Below, one piece after another: positions 25,351 to 33,100 of a DNA stretch of 64,000 bases. The notes below the pieces were generated by a model. That model searched no databases and was not told the DNA's origin. It saw only the letters and a program-made list of their open reading frames with translations. A program made the translations under genes and the position numbers. Positions within the stretch are counted from its first letter, which is position 1; every line of letters starts with the position of its first letter. This stretch comes from Escherichia coli (lineage in GTDB: Bacteria; Pseudomonadota; Gammaproteobacteria; Enterobacterales; Enterobacteriaceae). The stretch lies in NCBI RefSeq assembly GCF_024700885.2, contig NZ_CP117014.1. One strand, written 5' to 3'.

Positions 25351-25437
25351 CACAACGGTAAGAGCATTTATGGCTCGCATCGCGGGAAAAAGCCCACGGT
25401 AGAGAGTCGAACTCTACAAATGCTCTTACCTGTTGTG
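25351..25437 (-). ncRNA. hairpin H4: tRNA-like junction with a T-arm
   Basis: 19-bp basal stem CACAACGGTAAGAGCATTT / AAATGCTCTTACC(T)GTTGTG. On the minus strand it encloses GTAGAG-TTCGACT-CTCTAC (25399-25417, canonical T-loop) and CGTGGG-CTTTTT-CCCGCG. It starts 1 nt after the CCA of tRNA-Thr. Confidence 0.5.
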
Positions 25438-25438
25438 T

Positions 25439-25514
25439 TGGTGCCGGTTAACGGGATCGAACCGCTGACCATTCGCTTACAAAGCGACTGCTCTACCAAC
25501 TGAGCTAAACCGGC
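25439..25514 (-). tRNA. tRNA-Thr (anticodon TGT)
   Basis: 76 nt; acceptor GCCGGTT/AACCGGC, D-arm GCTCAGTTGGTAGAGC, anticodon loop TTTGTAA, T-loop TTCGATC, encoded CCA. Confidence 0.85.
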
Positions 25515-25518
25515 AATT

Positions 25519-25605
25519 TGGTGGGGAGTGATGGAGTCGAACCACCCGAGTCGCAATGACAGTAGATTTACAGTCTACCCCGCTACCCCTACGGACTAAC
25601 TCCCC
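25519..25605 (-). tRNA. tRNA-Tyr (anticodon GTA)
   Basis: 87 nt; acceptor GGGGAGT/ACTCCCC, anticodon arm GTAGA-CTGTAAA-TCTAC, long variable arm, T-loop TTCGACT, encoded CCA. Confidence 0.85.
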
Positions 25606-25610
25606 TAAAT

Positions 25611-25687
25611 TGGCGATGGTGGGTGGATTCGAACCACCTACCGAAAGCTTAGAAGGCTGCTGTTCTATCCTACTGAGCTACACCATC
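25611..25687 (-). tRNA. tRNA-Arg (anticodon TCT)
   Basis: 77 nt; acceptor GATGGTG/CACCATC, anticodon loop CTTCTAA, T-arm GGTGG-TTCGAAT-CCACC, encoded CCA; the anticodon stem has one mismatch. Confidence 0.8.
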
Positions 25688-25887
25688 ACTTGCCGGGTAC
25701 GTCTCCGGCGAGGGCTTCCACCTCCGTATGCTTTTCGGCGCACCGCGCCCTGGCTGCAATTCGGTAACAGGGGATGCACAACCCTGGCTTCCAGCGTGAT
25801 TAGCGCCTTCAGCATGACGGGATATACCCGTTACAAGAAGTTCTCCCAGGATGCCATTAAGCAATGGCTGTTACGCGGGAAGGACGC

Positions 25888-25964
25888 AACAGGTAAGGGC
25901 GCTGACCAGAAAGACCTGACCCTTCTCATTCATCTGGTTAATCACACCAGCGCCCTTGCCTGTT
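25888..25964. repeat. hairpin H5
   Basis: AACAGGTAAGGGCGCTG / CAGCGCCCTTGCC(T)GTT with inner stem ACCAGA/TCTGGT; same bulged T as H1 and H4. Confidence 0.6.
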
Positions 25965-26148
25965 ATGCCTCCCCGTTCCCTAATACACAGACGGGGACAC
26001 TCTGCGGTCGATTTTTTTGACGGGGGACGACTCATACCCCGTGGCGTCTGGCTTCTTAGGCCGCTACCATCATCAGATCATCGTTTGCATTTACTTTAAT
26101 GGTCAGTTTCTAAACCGCCGCAAAGTCGCTAACCATGACGAAAACCCT

Positions 26149-26172
26149 AAAAAAGCCCACCCGAAGATGGGC
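26149..26172 (-). terminator. rho-independent terminator (minus strand)
   Basis: Minus strand reads GCCCA-TCTTCGGG-TGGGC followed by TTTTTT. Confidence 0.55.
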
Positions 26173-26191
26173 AAATACGCTACATCTCACA

Positions 26192-26270
26192 CAAGAAAGA
26201 AGCCGACTGCCTGAGCTGGATTCACTTTCAAATGCCCGCTGAAAGGGATCACAAGTCGGCTTCTTTCTTG
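26192..26270. repeat. hairpin H6
   Basis: CAAGAAAGAAGCCGACT / AGTCGGCTTCTTTCTTG: 17-bp perfect stem, 45-nt loop with inner stem CTTTCA/TGAAAG. Confidence 0.7.
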
Positions 26271-26486
26271 ATGCGGCACTCTCTCCGCCCGTCACCGCTC
26301 TGTCTCGGTTGTCGCGTTTGCCACGCCAGCCGTAACGAGGTTTAAAGTCTTTACACGTTTCCATCACTCGACTGCCGTCTGTGGCTGTTCGTTGCAGCGG
26401 GGGTGCCTCCCCCTGGGGATATCCCCGGCCTTACCCCATTCTTTCAAGACACAATGCAAGGCCACATCCGCATAGGTGCATTACCG

Positions 26487-26551
26487 CAACATTAAGGAGA
26501 CTCAGGGCAAAAGGTAACCGCCACAAAAATCCCTATGCCTCCTTAATGTTG
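26487..26551. repeat. hairpin H7
   Basis: CAACATTAAGGAG / CTCCTTAATGTTG: 13-bp perfect stem. Confidence 0.65.
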
Positions 26552-26559
26552 AAGATGTG

Positions 26560-26614
26560 CATTGATGATTAGATGCAGCATGTACCGTTACTCTCTGCCG
26601 GACCATCATCAATG
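26560..26614. repeat. hairpin H8
   Basis: CATTGATGAT / ATCATCAATG: 10-bp perfect stem, 35-nt loop. Confidence 0.55.
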
Positions 26615-26750
26615 AACACCTTAAAAAGACCTTCCGTGGCTCAACATGTATTGTCGTTTACTCCGCAAAGTGCTCTCTCTGAAACCACTTTCCGCACTAA
26701 ACCTGCTGAACTTTGGCCTGCACGGTGCCAAAGCGTGCTCTTGCATTACT

Positions 26751-26764
26751 ATACATTTCTAACA
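26751..26764 (-). promoter_or_regulatory. operator-like 14-mer, copy 8
   Basis: Minus strand reads TGTTAGAAATGTAT and overlaps a TATAGT -10-like hexamer pointing into the non-coding island. Confidence 0.45.
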
Positions 26765-26906
26765 CTTTAATTTGTTAAATGCTGGTGGGCGAACAATAAC
26801 CAATAAGTGACTATCAAGCCCAGCAAGCGAAACGTGGGTACCGCCCACCAGCAAGGAAAATTCTATGTTAAGTTATCTTCACAATCAATACATTCGAATT
26901 GTGATT

Positions 26907-26920
26907 TTAGATTTCTAACA
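26907..26920 (-). promoter_or_regulatory. operator-like 14-mer, copy 9
   Basis: Minus strand reads TGTTAGAAATCTAA, followed by TAAAAT; directly after the stop of the 402-aa gene. Confidence 0.45.
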
Positions 26921-26922
26921 CA

Positions 26923-28131
26923 TTATTTCCCATAAAGATCTTCTACACCCCCATTCTTCTTATCCCATTCGTTCGCCCATACCCGGCAAGCGTCAATGAT
27001 TTCCTGACGACGATCTCCTTGCATGAACGGGATGCTTTCATGGAAACAGCTTGGAATGCAGGCCACACTGAATACAGTATCAAACTCCGTCTGCTTGATT
27101 GCCTCCAGCGTCTCCGGACGCATTTTTAATTCATCGATTGGCGCATCCTTAGAGTCCATAATCCGGCGATATAAGCGCGGAAAATCCGTCTCCAGATACG
27201 CCATAATTTTATCTGCGAGACATTCGTCTATGTCGGTATTCCAGTCCTTTTCGAAGCCCGGCAGGCGATAGTAAAGCGGCGTTCCCCATACCGATGGGAT
27301 CACATCCATCGTTAACAGGCGATTGGTTCTGATTTGTTGATGGTAATTAGCCGTCAGCAGTGCTTCGCCACGCTGCCCAGTTTCCGCAACCAGGCCGTGC
27401 GGATACTCATGGATGTAGGCAATGGCATCCCTTCCATCATACATAAGTGGAAATGTCTCTGGTCTTTGTCCCATGCCACAAGCACGGTTCAGATCGTGAC
27501 CAAGCTGTGAGCACTCTCGCTTTAATGTTTCGATAATGCTCTGCGCTGTAGCCAACTTTTTACGCAGTGTGACGCCTTCGCCTTGATAATCAATGCATTG
27601 CTGATTGAGCTTGGTTAAACGCTCTTTTAGTTCCCGGCGCTCTCTTTTCAGCGTGCGGTTATCCTTCTCCGCAACATCCAGCCGCTTTGTCAGGCTTGGC
27701 GGATAGTCTTTTTTGTAACGGTTCAAATCGGCTTCGGCAGATTTACGCAGTGTATTTGCCTGTTCAAGACGCGCTTCCAGATTGCCGATCTCATTACGCA
27801 TATTCGCGGCAAATTGATTAACTGCATCACCCAGGCTTTCAACTGTCGCTGATACGCCTGTGACTTGTGAAAAACGGATCAAGCCATCATTAACTGCTTG
27901 TTGGTATTCCTCAAACTGATCCACCAGCTTATTGTAATCAACTGCCCCATCATCAAGCAGCTTGTTGATTTCCGCCACCAGGTTATCTGTAGTGGCAATG
28001 ACACTCTCGTGCAGTCGCTTTGACAGGTCATCACCCGGATTCCGTTTCTGTATAAGAGCGATTTGTGTGCGCAGCGTTTCAATTGCTGTCGAGATAATTT
28101 CCAGATTAGAAGTATCAGTGTGTTGACTCAT
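26923..28131 (-). CDS. coiled-coil protein of unknown function
   Basis: 402 aa; N-terminal ~215 aa heptad-rich, globular C-terminal half; operator copy 10 lies 25 bp upstream. Confidence 0.55.
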   Translation of the reverse strand: MSQHTDTSNLEIISTAIETLRTQIALIQKRNPGDDLSKRLHESVIATTDNLVAEINKLLDDGAVDYNKLVDQFEEYQQAVNDGLIRFSQVTGVSATVESLGDAVNQFAANMRNEIGNLEARLEQANTLRKSAEADLNRYKKDYPPSLTKRLDVAEKDNRTLKRERRELKERLTKLNQQCIDYQGEGVTLRKKLATAQSIIETLKRECSQLGHDLNRACGMGQRPETFPLMYDGRDAIAYIHEYPHGLVAETGQRGEALLTANYHQQIRTNRLLTMDVIPSVWGTPLYYRLPGFEKDWNTDIDECLADKIMAYLETDFPRLYRRIMDSKDAPIDELKMRPETLEAIKQTEFDTVFSVACIPSCFHESIPFMQGDRRQEIIDACRVWANEWDKKNGGVEDLYGK

Positions 28132-28155
28132 TGCTATTCCCGTTACTTTGTTAAA

Positions 28156-28169
28156 TTATTTTTCTAACA
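28156..28169 (-). promoter_or_regulatory. operator-like 14-mer, copy 10
   Basis: Minus strand reads TGTTAGAAAAATAA. Confidence 0.5.
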
Positions 28170-28212
28170 TATTTTATTAGTTTGATGACAGTATCGAAAG
28201 ATGCAATAAACA

Positions 28213-28238
28213 AAAAACCCGCTAATTGGCGGGTTTTT
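28213..28238 (-). terminator. stem-loop terminator
   Basis: AAAAACCCGC-taattg-GCGGGTTTTT, symmetric A/T runs. Confidence 0.6.
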
Positions 28239-28244
28239 ATGCAA

Positions 28245-28559
28245 TTACTGTGTTGCAGCCTGATAAATAAGATACGCGATAAATACAGGTACGATGGCCC
28301 ATTGCAGCAATGAAAGTAGCCTCATTACTGTTATTGGGGTAACTCCATCCACGTATTGTTTCTCTGACATTTTCCCGAACCAACTAACCGACAACAGTGC
28401 CGAGTTTTCCCCCAATTCCAGCTCTCTGAGAGCTTCACGGATTAACGGCGCTGTCACAGCCTTAACCGGTGTGCTCAACGTGATACTCCGCGTCCTCCCC
28501 GCATCGTCAGCGAACGCCAGACTCACATAATATTTTTTGCTCAATGTACAAACTCCCAA
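28245..28559 (-). CDS. hypothetical protein with C-terminal TM segment
   Basis: 104-aa ORF; LLSLLQWAIVPVFIAYLIY near the C-terminus; start uncertain. Confidence 0.35.
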   Translation of the reverse strand: MGVCTLSKKYYVSLAFADDAGRTRSITLSTPVKAVTAPLIREALRELELGENSALLSVSWFGKMSEKQYVDGVTPITVMRLLSLLQWAIVPVFIAYLIYQAATQ

Positions 28560-28741
28560 TCATCAGCGCTTGCACTTTCCGGGGTTATGTGAACCTTATC
28601 GCCAGTAACAATATTGCGAGCTTCAAAACTTCCATTGATACGTTTCGAGATCTCAATACATAGAGCCTGCTGCCATGAGCGACGACGAGCGATAGCATTA
28701 GTTCCTGCAGGGATAAGTTCTGCCACGTTAAGTAACCGCAA
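28541..28741 (-). CDS. 66-aa protein, weakly DUF2829-like
   Basis: AIARRRSW near the N-terminus and SASADDWEFV at the C-terminus echo the DUF2829 end motifs. Confidence 0.35.
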   Translation of the reverse strand: MRLLNVAELIPAGTNAIARRRSWQQALCIEISKRINGSFEARNIVTGDKVHITPESASADDWEFVH

Positions 28742-28755
28742 AACGATTTCTCCGT

Positions 28756-29250
28756 TTAATCAAGACAAACATACTCCGTGATAGCTTTTATGGCTTCAGC
28801 GGCACTGCGCGCCTCAAAGCAGTAGTAACCGGCTTCTGTGAGGCGAGTCATCCAGACGAGTTGTTCGGGAGTCAGGCGATTTCTCCCATGTTTCATCTCA
28901 ATGCGCATTCCGTGGTATCCCCCACAAGCAAGGTCTATAGAAAGATCGGGATATCCCTTCTTTTGGCCCTCTGCCACCATTTTTATTGCCGTCCTTATGC
29001 CTCGCAGGCCACCGTTTGGAGTGGCGTGAGTATGCTCATACACATAACGCATATTGCGATACATCCAGTCCAGGACGCGAACCTGCTCGTAATGCTCATG
29101 GTTCCTTTTGATTAGATCTGGGTTTTTCTCCAGTTCTCTAAGAGCTGCGGCATGTGGGGATGTTTCAGAATATTCACTGCGACGCCTTCTCTTTCGCGCT
29201 ATTTTTCTAACACACCCATTGATAGTAAATATGCGAAATAATAACAACAA
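28756..29250 (-). CDS. VRR-NUC domain nuclease
   Basis: YPDLSIDLACGGYHGMRIEMKHG (D...ExK) followed by LTPEQ..W; start uncertain because operator copy 11 lies inside the annotated 5' end. Confidence 0.6.
   Translation of the reverse strand: MLLLFRIFTINGCVRKIARKRRRRSEYSETSPHAAALRELEKNPDLIKRNHEHYEQVRVLDWMYRNMRYVYEHTHATPNGGLRGIRTAIKMVAEGQKKGYPDLSIDLACGGYHGMRIEMKHGRNRLTPEQLVWMTRLTEAGYYCFEARSAAEAIKAITEYVCLD
29199..29212 (-). promoter_or_regulatory. operator-like 14-mer, copy 11
   Basis: Minus strand reads TGTTAGAAAAATAG. Confidence 0.4.
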
Positions 29251-29386
29251 CGTTAGATTTGTAAAACAAGAGAGATACTACTCAAGGATGGTCTATATGC
29301 AACAGGTCGGATTTGCTTTTAGAGTAAAGAGTGACCTTAATCAACAAGGAGGGTAAATCGCATGGCATTTACCCAACCTGTTATTT

Positions 29387-29647
29387 TTAAAGGGTTATTT
29401 TATCCTGTTCGGATAATTCTTTGATTGTCTTGTCGATTGCGATCAACCAACCTTCATAGGTTAAATCATCAACAAGTTCTACCAACTTATCATCGGTGTG
29501 AGGAAAGTATATCCAGCTCCAGTTCGCAGGGTTTTCTGCTTTTCGCAGCGTAAAAACCTTCTTGTATCGGTGGAACTCAAGGATATACCCCTTCGATATG
29601 GAATATTCCTTTAGGTCTTCGACCGTAAACCTACGATTCTTTCGCAT
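29387..29647 (-). CDS. hypothetical protein
   Basis: 86-aa ORF, 2 nt after the upstream stop. Confidence 0.4.
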   Translation of the reverse strand: MRKNRRFTVEDLKEYSISKGYILEFHRYKKVFTLRKAENPANWSWIYFPHTDDKLVELVDDLTYEGWLIAIDKTIKELSEQDKITL

Positions 29648-29649
29648 GG

Positions 29650-30084
29650 CTACCCCATAATTCGATATTTCTCTATAGACTCGTCGTAACTTGTGTACAC
29701 GTATGGCTCTGTATCATCGGCATAAGGTGCGACTTCCAGAGCATGAACAGGATTGTATACCGCGTCATTTTCCAGGCGATCGCTCGAATACAGATGCCCA
29801 GCCAAAACCGTAAGCGCCGGGCGACTCATTTTGTAGATCTCTGCCACATCACTATCTACAACTTGTCCAAATGATATGTCGCCGCGCTCCAGCAATAACG
29901 TTTTAAGCGCAGGCCACCACGGCCCATAAAGGTGATAAAGCTGTGGATCTCGTTTCAGCCTTTCCACCATGCCATTCAGATATGCATCCAGAAACGCCTC
30001 TTCACTCCTGCCATTGAGCGCCTGCGGCAAAATGTCCTCAAGGTAGGATTCCGTCGGTTTTACAGTGTCAATTAATGTCGTCAT
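29650..30084 (-). CDS. hypothetical protein downstream of darB
   Basis: 144-aa ORF; no motif recognised. Confidence 0.45.
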   Translation of the reverse strand: MTTLIDTVKPTESYLEDILPQALNGRSEEAFLDAYLNGMVERLKRDPQLYHLYGPWWPALKTLLLERGDISFGQVVDSDVAEIYKMSRPALTVLAGHLYSSDRLENDAVYNPVHALEVAPYADDTEPYVYTSYDESIEKYRIMG

Positions 30085-30120
30085 TCAAATTCGGCCCCAG
30101 TTGGGGCCGCTCCTTATCTG

Positions 30121-33100
30121 TTAGGCCGCATCGGCGATTATTTTACGCAGTTCATCTACCGAGTAACGCGTAGATACCATCCATGCAGGACGGTCAAAGT
30201 TCACATCAGCAACCGGGTTTGCTTCAAAATTCCAGAAACGTCCGCCAATCTTCTTAATCGCGTCTTTGGCGTTCCGTATTGTCGAGGAACCTGGTTGGTC
30301 GGCAATGAGATAAACCGCGCCAACGTCCTCGCTGACGCTCCACCAGCGCCCGCGAACACGCGCCTTAGCGCGAATCGGCTTATCATTAACCACAATGATA
30401 TAGTCATCATTCGCCGCTTCATCAGCTCTGGCTTCAGCCACTGCCGCCTGCTCTTCTCTTTTGCTTTCAGCCTGCTCAAGCCTTTCCGCGATCTCTGATT
30501 CAGTGGCCCCGCCGTTTTTCAGCGATACATAGTCCTGCCACGTTGCCGATTTGAGCGTATCCGGCAACTCATTCACATAGTCGCCGTCTTTCAACTCACG
30601 GGCGCGGCGGGTAGCCATTTCTACCAGGCGATTAACAGAAACAGCATCAGCAAAATCGTCCTTACTAATGTGTTTTTCATCAAATGCATTGATGACAGCC
30701 CCCACCTTAATCCACTGTGCTGCCGGTGATTCCAGGGGGTTATCAGCCTGAACAATGGCGAGTTTCGCTCCATCTACCCCATTATTCGCCAGCTGTTCCA
30801 ATGCCGCCCATCCATCTGCATCACTGAGTGATTTATATTGCTCAAACAATGCATCGCGCCAGGCCACCAGCGCAGAACGTGTTTTTTCGATCTTCGCCTT
30901 AATTTTCGCGATCTTGACCTGATTAAACATCCGTTCAATATCATCGATATTGCTAAAGGCTTTCATCCTGCCCTGGAATAAACGGTATGCCAGCACGGTC
31001 CTCCAGAATGATTCCAGACCTTCTCCGGACGGTTTGCGGAACAAGCTAAGAATATCTTCAGAAGTGACTTTATTAAGCGAACGACCTGACAGACCACGCC
31101 CAGCCATCCAGTTTTCGAACTCATGGGCAACATCATCCATCGTTGCCTGTGCGCCCCATGCCTGCATTCCCTGGGTGTAATCATACCCATACAATGCCTG
31201 GAGGAATCCCTCGCCGTCCACGATATTCAGCGGGTTATCACTGGCTTGTATTTTTGCCACTTCACGCTTCAGCGCCTCGTCGTTGCCATCAGGATATATC
31301 CATCGCTCAGGTGCTATATCCGATGCTCGCCCGATTTTTTGGCCTATCACGCCATCATAGGCCGATGACAGCGCGATCTGACCATCATCTGTGCGATATG
31401 CCCAGTATTTAATAGCTGACCCACCGCCCCATGCATTACCAGGTTTACCAGCAATAACATTCATTACCCCATTGCGAATAGCATCATAGAACTGATCGCG
31501 AGTAAGTATTGTTGATAGCTGGTGGCACTGAACACCACGCGCAGCCGTTGCGCGCGATTCAGCTACCCCCTCTTCAAAAGTTACCGCTTCAATCACAGAG
31601 TCAAACGGCAATGTAACGATTGACCCCGGTGCTCGAGCGTAACGACTTGCTCTATCCAGCCAGGCGATACGGCAGAGGTATTGTGCTTTTTCACCGTCAA
31701 TTTTTTCCACCCGGACAATCGCTGTTGTTTCGCGATCATCAATGACTGCACGGTAATAACTACCTTTATGCAACAGGATATTCTTGTCAGTGCGCATATA
31801 TTCCTGTGGGTTCTGAATAACATCGATACTGATATCCAGCACACCAGACTTAATAGCGCGCTCCACCTCACCACGAGAGCGTTTCATTATGGTATCCGCG
31901 TCTTTTGCCCTGGTGATCGCAAACCGCAGCACCCGCGCACGTTTTCTGTAGCTACTCAACTGCTCAAGCGCGTATTTTTGCCCATTCCTGTTCGTACCCG
32001 CTTTTATCAGGTCGTCAAGATTGCGCTGGTAATACTCTATCTGTTCCATCGCGCTTTTCAGTTCTGTCTCCATCATGCCGATATCTTTTCCGGCGGCGTT
32101 TGCCGCTTTCAGGTAGATATCGAGAGCATTGTTGGCCTCGCGCTGTGCTTTCAGTTTCAGACGTTCTTCACGCTCTTGCGCCTGGCGAGCCATGATTGCG
32201 CGGCGTTCTTCCGGGTTTGCCGCCAGCATAATGGCGCGTTCATCAGCATCATCCGCATCACCATTGGCGATCTCTGACATGTCGGATGTCATCACCATCT
32301 TGATCCAGTCTTTCTTACGTTTCAGCGTATCCAGACGGAAGTCGTCGAATGTGCCTTTGCCACAATAGTAGTGAACATTGACCTTTTCTTGCGGTGAACC
32401 TACGCGCGCACCGCGCCCATTTCGTTGGTCGATACTGGCTGGTGTCCAGGGTAGTGTCAGGTGGTGGATATCGGTTGTCCCGATGTGCAGGTTAATACCT
32501 ACTTCAGCCTTCTTGTTACAGATTATGATGCGCGTGCGACCTTCGTTATAGTCGGCGGCAATACCTTCCATGCCCTCAAGGCCAGCATCATTTTTAGCGG
32601 AGAGATAATCCTCATATTGGGCAAGTTTGCTGTAGTAGGTTTCCCATGCCCCTTCTTTGTATTCACCGTTTTTGTTTGGAGTAGGTTCGGTCGGCTTATT
32701 CACCTTCTTCAGCTTGATGCCACCAGCCTGGCTAACTGTCGTCGCATTGATAATGCCAATCTCCTGCTCCGGCATTTGCAGTGCACTGGCGATAATACGG
32801 CGCAGCTTCTGGTGCTGGGCTTTTTCATCAATAAAGACGATCTGCTTACCGTTCTTCAGACCTTCACGAAGATTTTCGATCAGCGCGGCATACTTCGGCG
32901 GGATGGGGTGCGACACCTGCTGCATATCAATGCCGGCAGCCGCAATGGCCTTCAGTATTTCAGCTTCCAGTTCAATGCTGGCACGTATTTCAACATGCGT
33001 CGGATGTTCACTAAAAGCGGTCTTCACTACCTTGCTGGTACGCGTACTGACCAGCCCGCCAGCGCCGTCTTCCTCGGCCTCATCAACATCATCTGCCACT

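Larger units (their letters stand above)
26149..26741 (-). ncRNA. candidate ~590-nt structured non-coding transcript
   Basis: Bounded by an operator-overlapped TATAGT -10 element (26748-26753, minus) and the terminator at 26149. It contains H6, H7, H8 and GC hairpins GGGGATATCCCC and GGGGGAGGCACCCCC. Only low-quality ORFs cross it. Confidence 0.35.

Noticed and set aside
24786-25964. Using G-T versus A-C pairs in hairpin stems to decide the transcribed strand
   Set aside because: I counted them: about four positions would be G-U on the plus strand and three on the minus strand, so there is no usable bias. Strand assignment rests only on the tRNA orientation and the H4 T-loop.
25556-26020. 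154-aa plus-strand ORF
   Set aside because: Its first third is the antisense of tRNA-Tyr and tRNA-Arg and the rest runs through hairpin H5. It has no RBS and a Pro/Arg/Cys-rich composition typical of non-coding GC-rich sequence.
26110-26367. 85-aa minus-strand ORF in the RNA island
   Set aside because: It spans the 17-bp perfect hairpin H6 and the terminator. It is Arg/Ser/Cys-rich, has no RBS, and is more parsimoniously explained as non-coding.
24163-26614. Hairpin family as a CRISPR array or integron attC sites
   Set aside because: It is not a CRISPR array because the elements are inverted repeats of different lengths, with no constant direct repeat or spacer periodicity. The attC idea was considered because CACAAC/GTTGTG resembles RYYYAAC/GTTRRRY and a bulged base is conserved. 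However, the consensus is not met at one purine position, the stems lack the unpaired central spacer, and no IntI-type integrase is in the window. It is kept only as a low-probability hypothesis.
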